Below, in pieces: positions 10,212-19,715 of a stretch of DNA of 39,434 nucleotides. The stretch comes from a virus (taxonomy: Duplodnaviria > Caudoviricetes). Within the stretch, counting starts at the first letter, position 1. Each line of letters begins with the position of its first letter. The stretch is from positions 1 to 39,434 of the IMG/VR virus record IMGVR_UViG_3300020221_000045. One strand, given 5' to 3'. A model generated the notes under the pieces. The model saw nothing but the letters and a program-made list of their open reading frames with translations. It was not told the DNA's origin and ran no database searches. A program made the position numbers and the translations under genes.

Positions 10212-11465
10212 ATGGCAGATCGTAAAGATCTTTTAAAGAAATGGGCTCCAGTATTAGATCATTCAGGTGTAGCACCTATTAAAGATGCATACCGAAAAGA
10301 AGTGACAGCAGTTCTTCTAGAGAACCAAGAGCGTTCTATCAATGAAGAAAAGCAAGCACTTTTTGAAGCAACTCATGCTAACCAAGCTGGTGCAATGCCA
10401 GACAGTTCAGGAGTAGCTAAGTTTGATCCAGTGCTTATCTCATTAGTACGTCGTGCAGTTCCACAAATGATCGCTTATGACGTTTGCGGAGTGCAGCCGA
10501 TGACACAACCAACTGGCTTAATATTTGCGATGAAAAGCAGATTTACGTCACAAAGTGGTACAGAAGCATTATTCAACGAAGCTAATACAGGTTTCTCTGG
10601 TACAGGTACAAACCAAACTGGTTCAAACCCTACATCAGCTGGTTATGATGTTCAAGGTGGTATGACAACTACTGCAGCTGAAGGTCTTGGTGATTCAGGA
10701 ACGTTCAATCAAATGGCGTTCTCAATCGAGAAGACATCAGTGACAGCAAAGACTCGTGCATTAAAAGCAGAGTACACTGTTGAATTAGCACAAGATCTAA
10801 AATCAGTTCATGGTCTAGACGCAGAAAGTGAATTATCAAATATCCTATCTACTGAAATCCTTTCGGAAATCAATAGAGAAGTAATTCGAACAATTTACAT
10901 ATCAGCTAGAACAGGAGCGACAACAGGAACTGCAACAGCAGGAACTTTTGATCTTGATGTAGATTCAAACGGAAGATGGTCAGTTGAAAAATTCAAAGGA
11001 TTATTATTCCAAGTAGAAAGAGAAGCAAACGTTATAGCACAAGAAACACGTAGAGGAAAAGGTAATTTCATTATCGCATCTTCTGATGTGGCAAGTGCAT
11101 TAGCAATGTCAGGTATATTAGATTATACACCTGCTTTATCAACTAATTTAAATGTAGATGAAGCATCAACAACATTCGCTGGTGTTCTAAATGGTCGTTA
11201 TAAAGTGTTTGTAGATCCATATTCAGCAAACAATGCAGCTACTCAACTTTTATTAGTTGGATATAAAGGTAGTTCAGCATTTGATGCTGGTATTTTCTAT
11301 TGCCCATACGTTCCACTACAATTGGTGCGTGCAGTAGATCCTTCTACTTTCCAACCAAAAATAGCGTTTAAAACACGTTATGGTATGGTAGCGAACCCAT
11401 TCGCAGGATTAACAGCAAATTCTAACTTCTACTACAGAAAAGTAGCAGTGACGAACTTGATGTAA
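10212..11465 (+). CDS. gp23: Major capsid protein
   Basis: KWAPVLD, VLLENQE, FDPVLISLVRR, GVQPMT.PTGLIFAM, RALKAEYT.ELAQDLK..HGLDAE.EL.NILS.EI..EINRE, FQPKI.FKTRYG motifs. Confidence 0.98.
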   Translation: MADRKDLLKKWAPVLDHSGVAPIKDAYRKEVTAVLLENQERSINEEKQALFEATHANQAGAMPDSSGVAKFDPVLISLVRRAVPQMIAYDVCGVQPMTQPTGLIFAMKSRFTSQSGTEALFNEANTGFSGTGTNQTGSNPTSAGYDVQGGMTTTAAEGLGDSGTFNQMAFSIEKTSVTAKTRALKAEYTVELAQDLKSVHGLDAESELSNILSTEILSEINREVIRTIYISARTGATTGTATAGTFDLDVDSNGRWSVEKFKGLLFQVEREANVIAQETRRGKGNFIIASSDVASALAMSGILDYTPALSTNLNVDEASTTFAGVLNGRYKVFVDPYSANNAATQLLLVGYKGSSAFDAGIFYCPYVPLQLVRAVDPSTFQPKIAFKTRYGMVANPFAGLTANSNFYYRKVAVTNLM

Positions 11466-11512
11466 TTCTTTTTTGGAATATCAGGTATTCCAAAAGGTTG
11501 AATATATAATTT

Positions 11513-11542
11513 AAAGGGGGGGATGAAAGTCTCCCCCTTTTT
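11513..11542 (+). terminator. Rho-independent terminator after gp23
   Basis: AAAGGGGGGGAT-GAAA-GTCTCCCCCTTT stem with a GNRA loop, ending in a T run. A second hairpin TTTTGGAATA-TCAGG-TATTCCAAAA lies at 11471-11495. Confidence 0.85.
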
Positions 11543-11550
11543 CATTTAAA

Positions 11551-11557
11551 CTAAATA
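11551..11557 (+). promoter_or_regulatory. Putative late promoter CTAAATA for gp3
   Basis: AAACTAAATA just after the terminator and 8 nt before the gp3 ATG. Confidence 0.6.
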
Positions 11558-11565
11558 ATTATAAT

Positions 11566-12129
11566 ATGGTTTTTAATCCTTCAAATAATCCTTCTAATAT
11601 TAATCCATTAAATGTTAATGGGTTTACTTTCTCATTTGCACGTATTCCAAATGTAAATTACTTTGTTCAAGAAGTTAATTTACCAGATTTATCGCTTGGT
11701 GAGCCAGTTCAAGCTACACCTCTTTCAGATGTTTATCTTCCAGGAGAAAAATTAACTTATGGTGTTTGTACAATCAATTATATTGTCGATGAAGATATGA
11801 CAAATTATATGTCATTATATCGATGGATGGTTGCATTAGGTAAACCAAAAAATTATGAACAATATCTAGATTTTCCAACCACTGACACAGAATCTTTTAA
11901 AAAAAATTTATCAGAATTAGCAAAAAATTATTCAGATGCAACATTAATTATACTAAATAATAATAACAAACCTAGTAAGATTGTGACTTTTAAAGATATG
12001 TTTCCTACTAGTTTAGCGTCGATCTCTTTCGATTCACGAAACACTGATGCGACTTACATAACACATTCTGTCACTCTGAGATATAGCTATTTTACAATAA
12101 CGAATCCAAATTCATCGACAGCCTACTAA
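11566..12129 (+). CDS. gp3: Tail tube terminator / tail completion protein
   Basis: NPL..NGF.F...RIPNV.YF.Q.VNLP, PGEKL.YG, VDEDM.NY..LY.WM, YSDATL.IL, F.D.FP.SL motifs. Usual position after gp23. Confidence 0.88.
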   Translation: MVFNPSNNPSNINPLNVNGFTFSFARIPNVNYFVQEVNLPDLSLGEPVQATPLSDVYLPGEKLTYGVCTINYIVDEDMTNYMSLYRWMVALGKPKNYEQYLDFPTTDTESFKKNLSELAKNYSDATLIILNNNNKPSKIVTFKDMFPTSLASISFDSRNTDATYITHSVTLRYSYFTITNPNSSTAY

Positions 12130-12154
12130 TAATAATTTAAATAGAAAGCTGTAA

Positions 12155-12526
12155 ATGTATAAACATAAAATTCTATCATCTGTTCCAAGGCGACTATATT
12201 TGGTCCTGTTATTTTGTTTTTCTATTTTATTCACATTTACTACAAGTGCTAAAGTACCATTATTTCCTCCAAACTCACAGATTCAAGATATACCTATTAT
12301 CTGCTCTGATGCAACTTCACTTGATTCTTATTTAAAAGAACAAGGATATACTCCAAGCACTTCTTGGTTTGGTAGAAGAGGTGCTTCTGCTTCAGGAGAT
12401 GTTGTATTTGTAGTCGTTAATTATACAAACAAGTCCGAACCATCAAGAATTGTTGCAACAATTACTACTCCATCAGGAGATAGTTGTTTATTATTCGTTG
12501 GATTTGATGGAAAAAAATTGAATTAA
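12155..12526 (+). CDS. Hypothetical exported protein (signal peptide, two further Cys)
   Basis: Basic N-terminus followed by the hydrophobic stretch LYLVLLFCFSILFTFTTSA. The mature part contains IICSD and SCLLFVG. Confidence 0.55.
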   Translation: MYKHKILSSVPRRLYLVLLFCFSILFTFTTSAKVPLFPPNSQIQDIPIICSDATSLDSYLKEQGYTPSTSWFGRRGASASGDVVFVVVNYTNKSEPSRIVATITTPSGDSCLLFVGFDGKKLN

Positions 12527-12530
12527 ACCC

Positions 12531-12559
12531 TTTACTTACAAGCATTTTTATAGTATAAT
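12531..12559 (+). promoter_or_regulatory. Sigma70-type early promoter for uvsY-uvsW
   Basis: TTTACT (12531-36), 17 bp, TATAAT (12554-59). Confidence 0.8.
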
Positions 12560-12565
12560 TAGATT

Positions 12566-13003
12566 ATGACACTTGAAGAAATACAATCAAATTGGAGTAC
12601 AGATTGTGCGATTGACGATAATCATCTAGATCGTGAATCTGTTCGCACACCTGTACTTCACTCAAAATATTTAAATTTACTCATTTCTTATAAACATCGA
12701 ATTACAACAGCACAATCTGACTATAATAGTTTGCGTGTAAAGAAGTTTAGATATTATCGTGGTGAAATGAGTAAGAGTGAATTAGAGTCTGCTGGTTGGC
12801 AACAGTGGCAAGGTATTAAACCATTAAGGAATGAAATGGATGAATTTCTTAATGGTGATTCAGATTTAATTAAGTCAAAACTTAAAATAGATTATTTGTC
12901 GAGCATACAAGAACTTCTTGAATCTATATTGCAACAGATCAAGTCACGAGATTGGATTATAAGAAATTCATTGGAGTGGAAAAAGTTCATTAGTGGTGCA
13001 TAA
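12566..13003 (+). CDS. uvsY: Recombination mediator UvsY
   Basis: W..D..ID...LD.ES..TP.LHSKYL, YYRGE, LESIL.QI.SR.W.IRN..EW.KF..G motifs. Confidence 0.92.
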   Translation: MTLEEIQSNWSTDCAIDDNHLDRESVRTPVLHSKYLNLLISYKHRITTAQSDYNSLRVKKFRYYRGEMSKSELESAGWQQWQGIKPLRNEMDEFLNGDSDLIKSKLKIDYLSSIQELLESILQQIKSRDWIIRNSLEWKKFISGA

Positions 13004-14538
13004 TGTCCTCTCTTACAATTGAATATCTTAACGAAACACACGTCCGTGTTCTTTCTCCTGATCTAAGTACCGAAAAAGAATTATCCGAATATTTTACATT
13101 TTATAGTCCTGGAGCACATTTCACACCTGCATTTAGAGCAAGACCCCGGGATGGTAAAGTACGTCTTTATGATTTGCTTCGAAAAACAATCTACACAGGA
13201 CTAATTCCTTATATTGAAAAATTTACATTAGAAAGAGGTTATGATTTAAATTTAGTAGGAATTCCTAGTAATAATATAGAAATATCAAAAGAAGATTCAA
13301 ATTCATTTATAAAATCATTAAATATTGGTTTAAAAAATGATCCCTCCTTTGAGATACGAGACTATCAAATAAATGCAGTTTACTCTGCTATTTCTCAACG
13401 AAGAGTGCTTCTTTTAAGCCCAACCGCTAGTGGGAAGTCTCTAATAATGTATATTATATTGAGATGGTATTTGCAACAAAATAAACGTTGTTTAATTATT
13501 GTTCCAACGACCAATTTAGTTGAACAATTATATAAAGACTTTGATTCATATTCTGCTTTCAATGGATTCTCTGTTTCTTCAAATATTCAAAGACTCTATT
13601 CAGGTCGATCCAAAGAAATAAGTTTAAATGTATTAATTACAACTTGGCAGAGTATATACAAATTACCAAAAGCTTTTTTTGAACAATTTGATGTAATATT
13701 TGGTGATGAAGTCCATAAATTTAAAGCAAGATCGTTAGTCTCTATAATGGAAAAATCGAATAAAGTAAGTTATAGAATTGGTACAACAGGAACAATTGAT
13801 AATAGTAAAATACACAAATTAGTTCTTGAAGGACTCTTTGGAATTGTAAATCAAGTGACTACAACAAGTCAATTAATGGATTCAGGAAGATTAGCTAACT
13901 TAAAAATTACATGTCTTCTTCTTAAATATGATGATATTAGTCGTGAAGGAAGAAAAAATAATGTTTATGCTGATGAGATTGATTGGATAGTTTCTTGTAA
14001 TAAAAGAAATTCATATATTTGTAATCTTGCACTTAATTGTAAAGGCAACACACTTATACTTTATCAATATGTAAAAAAACATGGAATCCCTCTTTACGAA
14101 TACCTAAATAAGTTAGAGAAAAAATATAATAAAAAAGTTTACCTTATTTCTGGTGATACGATTGTAGCTGATCGTGAAGAAGTTCGAGAGATTGCAAAAG
14201 ATTCAAATAATTGTATCATCGTAGCAAGTTATGGAACATTTAGTACAGGTGTAAATATACCGAGTATTGAAAACATAATCTTAGCAAGTCCAATTAAGAG
14301 TAAAATCCTTAATTTACAAAGTATTGGGCGAGGACTTCGTTTAAATGATGGAAAGAAAATTTGTAATTTGTTTGACATATCAGATGATTTATCCTCTAAG
14401 TCTTGGAAAAATCATACCTATCGTCATTTGTTAGCGAGGATACAAACATATTCAGATGAAAAATTTAACTATTCATTAGTAGAGGTAAAAATAAATGCAG
14501 CAGAAATTAGAAACACCGAGAATAATCAAATCCAATGA
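13003..14538 (+). CDS. uvsW: UvsW SF2 DNA helicase
   Basis: RDYQ, SPTASGKS, TWQS, GDEVH, GTTGT, ASYGTFSTGVNI, LQSIGRGLR motifs. Confidence 0.96.
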   Translation: MSSLTIEYLNETHVRVLSPDLSTEKELSEYFTFYSPGAHFTPAFRARPRDGKVRLYDLLRKTIYTGLIPYIEKFTLERGYDLNLVGIPSNNIEISKEDSNSFIKSLNIGLKNDPSFEIRDYQINAVYSAISQRRVLLLSPTASGKSLIMYIILRWYLQQNKRCLIIVPTTNLVEQLYKDFDSYSAFNGFSVSSNIQRLYSGRSKEISLNVLITTWQSIYKLPKAFFEQFDVIFGDEVHKFKARSLVSIMEKSNKVSYRIGTTGTIDNSKIHKLVLEGLFGIVNQVTTTSQLMDSGRLANLKITCLLLKYDDISREGRKNNVYADEIDWIVSCNKRNSYICNLALNCKGNTLILYQYVKKHGIPLYEYLNKLEKKYNKKVYLISGDTIVADREEVREIAKDSNNCIIVASYGTFSTGVNIPSIENIILASPIKSKILNLQSIGRGLRLNDGKKICNLFDISDDLSSKSWKNHTYRHLLARIQTYSDEKFNYSLVEVKINAAEIRNTENNQIQ

Positions 14539-14986
14539 AGATTTTGTTATAATTAAACTCTCAACAGGAGAGCAATTATTAGCAATTAGAACAATTGAAG
14601 ATAAAGATAATATCAGTTGTGAATTTCCATTTTTGCTAAGAAATTATCCTAGAATAACAAAAGATGGTGGAATTATTGAACAAGTGACAGCTGGTCCTTT
14701 TTGTAGTTTTGCTAATAATAGACAATTTACTTTTGCAAAGAAAGATGTAGTACTTTGTAAGAAATTACATACTTTCGCAATTCCATTTTATATGTCACTC
14801 TATAATCAACATGAACGAATGGTGAGTATGGGGTCTTATGAGCAGTTTTCAAATAACTTCATGACAGATGAAGAAATGCAATCTTTGGATAAAGATTCTT
14901 ATGATGAAATTTCAAACGAAGAGTTGGATGAATTTAAAGATATATACAATGAGATTAAAAAGAATTCTAAGAATAGATTACATTAG
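14495..14986 (+). CDS. Conserved T4-like hypothetical protein between uvsW and gp55 (possible Sm-like fold)
   Basis: IIKLSTGEQLLA N-terminal motif, acidic tail ending ..RLH, typical synteny. Confidence 0.6.
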   Translation: MQQKLETPRIIKSNEDFVIIKLSTGEQLLAIRTIEDKDNISCEFPFLLRNYPRITKDGGIIEQVTAGPFCSFANNRQFTFAKKDVVLCKKLHTFAIPFYMSLYNQHERMVSMGSYEQFSNNFMTDEEMQSLDKDSYDEISNEELDEFKDIYNEIKKNSKNRLH

Positions 14987-15001
14987 ATAGCCGACAGGGC
15001 T

Positions 15002-15030
15002 ATTATACTGTATAAAATCTTGGGAGACAA
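15002..15030 (-). promoter_or_regulatory. Putative antisense sigma70-type promoter
   Basis: The minus strand reads TTGTCT-cccaagattttatacag-TATAAT with a 17-bp spacer. Confidence 0.55.
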
Positions 15031-15034
15031 GTAG

Positions 15035-15063
15035 TTGCTTTCCAATTAAAAATAATATATAAT
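15035..15063 (+). promoter_or_regulatory. Sigma70-type promoter for gp55-gp47-gp46
   Basis: TTGCTT (15035-40), 17 bp, TATAAT (15058-63). Confidence 0.65.
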
Positions 15064-15100
15064 ACAGTCTCTTATTCTCTGATTTTCTAAAAATACATTT

Positions 15101-15694
15101 ATGAAAAAAACTAAAGTGATTAAAGCACATTATGTCAATAATGCAGAATTACTCAAAGCATTAATCCAATGGAAAAAAGATTGTGGCGATGCTGAAGATT
15201 CTGGTGATGAAACTCCAAGAGTGCCAAATTATATAGGTGAGTGTATATTAAAAATAGCAAACCGACTTGCTACTCGTCCAAATTTTAATAATTATACTTA
15301 TCGAGATGATATGATTCTTGATGGGGTTGAAAACTGTATTCAATACATTCATAACTTCGATCCAAACAAATCTAAAAATCCATTCGCATATTTTACACAA
15401 ATAATTTATTACGCATTTCTTCGTCGTATAATGCGTGAAAGAAAACAAGCATATATAAAAACTAAAATCCTCACTTCACTACCACCAACTTTCTTTGCAG
15501 AATTAGGAATGAGTGAAGAAGAAATATCAGAGTCAACTAGAAATCTTGACAAGTTTGTTCAAAAGATGAATTCAGCAATTGAAACTCAAAAGAACTTTGA
15601 CTTATGGTTAGAGAAAAGAGCAGTTGCTAAAAAAATAAAAAATAATATTGAAACGATATACGATGACAAAGACGAAGATAGCAATTATAACTGA
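15101..15694 (+). CDS. gp55: Late-transcription sigma factor
   Basis: HYVNN.EL, YIGECILKIA..L..RPNF.NYTYRDDMI.DG.ENC.QY..NFDP.KS.NPFAYFTQI.YYAFLRRI motifs. Confidence 0.96.
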   Translation: MKKTKVIKAHYVNNAELLKALIQWKKDCGDAEDSGDETPRVPNYIGECILKIANRLATRPNFNNYTYRDDMILDGVENCIQYIHNFDPNKSKNPFAYFTQIIYYAFLRRIMRERKQAYIKTKILTSLPPTFFAELGMSEEEISESTRNLDKFVQKMNSAIETQKNFDLWLEKRAVAKKIKNNIETIYDDKDEDSNYN

Positions 15695-16736
15695 TACTCA
15701 CTTCGGTGTAAGAAATGATATTTCTCACTTCTTAGAATCACAAGGCAGATTTTTTAAAGATACATTTTTTCCTAAAATAGATGAATTAGGAATTGATACC
15801 ATATTACATATGGGTGATGTTTTTGATAGAAGAAAGTATGTAAATTTTTCTACATTAAATGAGTGTCGTAAATTTTTTTTTAATGAAGTTGCGAAAAGAA
15901 ATATAAAACTTTATATTATTCTTGGCAATCACGACACATATTATCGAAATACAAACTCAATCAATTCTATATCATTACTCCTTCAAGAATATCCTAATAT
16001 TCATATTCTATACGAACCTCAAACAATTCAAATTAAAGAAACACTATTCGTAAGTATTCCATGGATTTGCGAAGAGAATGAAAAACAGTGTTGGGAAGAA
16101 ATGTCTAAAACAAAAGCAGAGGTTTGTATAGGTCACTTCGCTATTCAAGGATTTGAGATGCATGTTGGTGCACCTTCAAAGGATGGAATACCTCATACTG
16201 AATTTAAAAAGTTTGATTTACTTTTATCAGGGCATTTTCATCATAGATCTAAAGGAGATAATATATTTTATCTTGGTGCACCTTATGAAATGACTTGGTC
16301 TGACTATAACGATAAAAAAGGATTCCATATATTTGATACAGCAACAAGAAATTTAGAATTTGTACAAAATCCTTGTAATATGTTTACTAAAATTGAATAT
16401 GACGAATCTTATTTTTTAGATAATCCTATCAATTATGAAAATTATAGAAACAAATATATTAAAGTCATTATAACAAATCGTAAAAATTTATTAAAGTTTG
16501 ATGGGTTTTTAAAAAGTTTATATAATGTAAATCCTTATGATGTGAAGATACTAGAGACATTTGTAGATTTTTCATCTGGGAATATTTCTGATGAAATAAA
16601 TGTAGAAGATACTATGAGCATCTTAAATGGTTATATTGATACAGTCACAACGAGTGTAAATAAAGAAAAACTAAAATTGTATTTAAAATCGCTTCATGCG
16701 GAAGCAATTGCTTCATCAAATGTTATTAAAGAATGA
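15663..16736 (+). CDS. gp47: Recombination endonuclease subunit (Mre11/SbcD-like)
   Basis: Metallophosphoesterase motifs ITDTHFG, GDVFD, GNHD, GH, SGHFH. The ATG at 15663 is preferred over the 15648 start in the track. Confidence 0.95.
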   Translation: MTKTKIAIITDTHFGVRNDISHFLESQGRFFKDTFFPKIDELGIDTILHMGDVFDRRKYVNFSTLNECRKFFFNEVAKRNIKLYIILGNHDTYYRNTNSINSISLLLQEYPNIHILYEPQTIQIKETLFVSIPWICEENEKQCWEEMSKTKAEVCIGHFAIQGFEMHVGAPSKDGIPHTEFKKFDLLLSGHFHHRSKGDNIFYLGAPYEMTWSDYNDKKGFHIFDTATRNLEFVQNPCNMFTKIEYDESYFLDNPINYENYRNKYIKVIITNRKNLLKFDGFLKSLYNVNPYDVKILETFVDFSSGNISDEINVEDTMSILNGYIDTVTTSVNKEKLKLYLKSLHAEAIASSNVIKE

Positions 16737-18445
16737 TTATATTTCGTAAATTAAAATGGCGTAATTTCCTTTCAACAGGTAATTCTTGGTGTGAGGTACA
16801 ACTTGATAGATCTAGAAGCACTATTGTTATTGGTAAGAATGGTGATGGTAAATCTACGATACTTGATGCATTAACATTTGTATTATTTGGCGAACCATTT
16901 AGACAAGTAAAAAAGAATCAATTAATTAATTCAATTAATGGTAAAAATGCAGAAGTAGAAATTGAATTTACTTCTGGAACGAATGTCTATAAAATACGAA
17001 GAGGAATTAAACCTAATTTATTTGAGTATTATGAAAATGGTGTAATACAGAATCAAAATGCTGCTATGGTAGATTGTCAAAAAAACATAGAGGAACAAAT
17101 TCTTAAAATTAATTATAGTACATTTTGTCAAGTTTGTATATTAGGATCTGCATCATATGTTCCTTTTATGCAATTACCAGCAAATCAAAGAAGATTTGTA
17201 ATTGAAAGCATATTAGATATCGGTATATTCAGTACAATGAATGATATGCTAAAGATTCGTTCACAAGATACAAAACTTTCATTAATTGATGTAAATAAAA
17301 ATATTGAAATAGCAAAATCAAATATACAAGCACAGAAAACTATTGTAGAAAATTTGTCTAATTCCAAAGCTGATAATATAGCAAAAATTGATGATAAAAT
17401 AGAAAAGAATAAAATTTCAATACAAGAGATAATTAATCATATCTCTATTCTTACAAAGACTGCTTTAAATCTTGAGGAATCAATTAAAGATTCAATTGAA
17501 GTTTTTGATAAACTTGAGAAAGCTAAAAAACTTATTGCTGTCAATGATACACGTATAGAAACGATTGATGAAAAAATAATGTTTTTTAATGATAATGAAT
17601 CTTGTCCTACTTGTGAATCAACTATACAGCATAAAGAACGCACTATTGAAAAACTTAATAAAGAAAAAAACGATATATATGCAAGAGTATCTAAGATAAA
17701 AGAAGTACTTGAAAAACTTGAAATGAGAACAAGAGAAATAAGAAACATTTCAAATTCAAAGTTAGAAACATTAAATGAAATATCAAGTTTACAATCAAGT
17801 ATTTCATTACTAGAAAATACTATAAAAGAATTAGAAATTGATAAAACACAAATAAACGAAACAAACAATAATGCAGATAAATATAAAGATAAGATTAAAC
17901 AACTAGCAGAATCAGCATTAGTTGAGGTTGATAAGAAAAACAGTTTGATGGAAATTACTGAAATTGAAAATACATCAAAATTACTTCTTCAAGACTCTGG
18001 TGTTAAAACTGCCATTGTTAAGAAGTATTTACCAATAATGAATAAGTTAATTAATAAATATTTACAAGCGATGGACTTTTTTGTTCATTTTGAATTAGAT
18101 GAGAACTTCAATGAAACAATACGTTCAAGACACCGAGATGAATTTACTTATGATAGTTTTTCAGAGGGTGAAAAGATGCGTATTGATTTAGCAATACTCT
18201 TTACATGGAGACATATTGCTAAAATGAAGAACAGTATTAATACATCATTATTAATACTAGATGAAATATTTGATTCATCATTAGATACTGCAGGTGTTGA
18301 TTATTTCTTAACACTTATTTCGCAGTTAGATAAAGATGTCAATGTTTTCGTCATTAGCCATAAAGGCGATACTCTAATTGAAAAATTTATGAGTACAATT
18401 AAATTTGAGAAGAAAAATGACTTCTCTACAATCGTAAATGCATAA
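16733..18445 (+). CDS. gp46: Recombination ATPase subunit (Rad50/SbcC-like)
   Basis: NFLSTGN, Walker A GKNGDGKS, coiled coil with CPTC zinc hook, FSEGEKMRID, LDEIFDSSLD, VISH motifs. Confidence 0.96.
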   Translation: MIIFRKLKWRNFLSTGNSWCEVQLDRSRSTIVIGKNGDGKSTILDALTFVLFGEPFRQVKKNQLINSINGKNAEVEIEFTSGTNVYKIRRGIKPNLFEYYENGVIQNQNAAMVDCQKNIEEQILKINYSTFCQVCILGSASYVPFMQLPANQRRFVIESILDIGIFSTMNDMLKIRSQDTKLSLIDVNKNIEIAKSNIQAQKTIVENLSNSKADNIAKIDDKIEKNKISIQEIINHISILTKTALNLEESIKDSIEVFDKLEKAKKLIAVNDTRIETIDEKIMFFNDNESCPTCESTIQHKERTIEKLNKEKNDIYARVSKIKEVLEKLEMRTREIRNISNSKLETLNEISSLQSSISLLENTIKELEIDKTQINETNNNADKYKDKIKQLAESALVEVDKKNSLMEITEIENTSKLLLQDSGVKTAIVKKYLPIMNKLINKYLQAMDFFVHFELDENFNETIRSRHRDEFTYDSFSEGEKMRIDLAILFTWRHIAKMKNSINTSLLILDEIFDSSLDTAGVDYFLTLISQLDKDVNVFVISHKGDTLIEKFMSTIKFEKKNDFSTIVNA

Positions 18446-18704
18446 TATGAAACAAAAACAAAAACCACAACGACAGGGATTCTCTTCTCAAACAAATGCT
18501 GATAGAAGAAGTGAATCACGCACAGCATTAAAAGATAAAATGAATCATTTAATGTTTAAATTAAAAATGCTAGAATCTTGGATATATGAAAAACGAGCAA
18601 AAAAAGAAAAGGATTCAGCATTGCAAGAACTAGAAACAAAACAACATAATATGAAATACGAATATAATCGTGTTTGTAAATTATTAAAGGAAAGTAAATC
18701 ATGA
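18438..18704 (+). CDS. Hypothetical basic coiled-coil protein
   Basis: Overlaps both neighbours (ATGA overlap with def). No recognised motif. Confidence 0.5.
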   Translation: MHNMKQKQKPQRQGFSSQTNADRRSESRTALKDKMNHLMFKLKMLESWIYEKRAKKEKDSALQELETKQHNMKYEYNRVCKLLKESKS

Positions 18705-19483
18705 GCGAAATAAAAGAAGTAGTTTGGGACTCAATAGATGAAAATGGCAATCCGATAAATCCTCGTGTTGCAACACCAGAAGAACTTGCAGCCAAACAAG
18801 CAAAAGAAGATTCGCAAAGACCGAGTCCTTCAAATCCAAACCCAACTCCGAAAGCAGAGCCTATTCATATGCAAGTTGATATGATAAAAGATGGAGATGG
18901 CAAGTCATTAATGTCACCAGTGCGTTTGACTGATGGAATGATTCATTGGAACGATCCAAGATTAAGAACACCACCAAAGTTATGGGACTTTAAACAGCCA
19001 GTAGAAGAAGCAGCAAAATTAGGATTACTTTTAATTAAAGTTGCTGTCAAATTAGGTGGTGCTGGATTATCAGCAAATCAATTAGGAATAGATTCAAAGG
19101 TATTCGCATTGACAGTAATACAAAATCATCATTATGCTGTTTTTAATCCTGAAATATTAGAGTCTTCTGAAGAAACTGTATTAATCGAAGAGGGATGTCT
19201 TTCTCGTCCAGGATTATGGTTAAGAATATCAAGACCAAAATCAATTAAAGTAAAATATTTTACATTTAAAGGCGATGAAGTTATTACTGAATATGATGGC
19301 TATCTATCAAGAGTGTTTCAGCACGAATACGATCATATGTTAGGAATTGATTTTACACAAAGAGTAAGCAAAATGAAATTAGATATGGCTCTTAAAAAAG
19401 TAGATAAAAAGATTAAAAAAGCAATGAGTACAAAACAATTTGATTATGAAGGACGTGTTCGACCTGTAATAATTGCTGAATAA
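18701..19483 (+). CDS. def: Peptide deformylase with N-terminal extension
   Basis: All three PDF motifs are present: GAGLSANQLG, EGCLS and QHEYDH. Confidence 0.92.
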   Translation: MSEIKEVVWDSIDENGNPINPRVATPEELAAKQAKEDSQRPSPSNPNPTPKAEPIHMQVDMIKDGDGKSLMSPVRLTDGMIHWNDPRLRTPPKLWDFKQPVEEAAKLGLLLIKVAVKLGGAGLSANQLGIDSKVFALTVIQNHHYAVFNPEILESSEETVLIEEGCLSRPGLWLRISRPKSIKVKYFTFKGDEVITEYDGYLSRVFQHEYDHMLGIDFTQRVSKMKLDMALKKVDKKIKKAMSTKQFDYEGRVRPVIIAE

Positions 19484-19484
19484 C

Positions 19485-19513
19485 TTTACTTGCAACTTTT
19501 TTTATAGTATAAT
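19485..19513 (+). promoter_or_regulatory. Sigma70-type early promoter
   Basis: TTTACT (19485-90), 17 bp, TATAAT (19508-13). Confidence 0.8.
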
Positions 19514-19540
19514 TAATCTAATAACCAACAAATATACATT

Positions 19541-19714
19541 ATGGACTCGCGATTAGACCACATCAACTCTCAAGAAAAACAGAAACAAGCATTCGAACAA
19601 CAACTAAGAAAACAACGTGAAAGAGAAAAAATATACGATGAATTATATCGTATTGGAATTATATTTGGTATAGGTACATTGTTTGGATTGTTAATTAGTT
19701 ATTGGATTCATTAA
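19541..19714 (+). CDS. Small tail-anchored membrane protein (57 aa, not in ORF track)
   Basis: MDSRLDHINSQEKQKQAFEQQLRKQREREKIYDELYRIGIIFGIGTLFGLLISYWIH. First ORF after the promoter, with a C-terminal hydrophobic helix. Confidence 0.6.
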   Translation: MDSRLDHINSQEKQKQAFEQQLRKQREREKIYDELYRIGIIFGIGTLFGLLISYWIH

Positions 19715-19715
19715 A

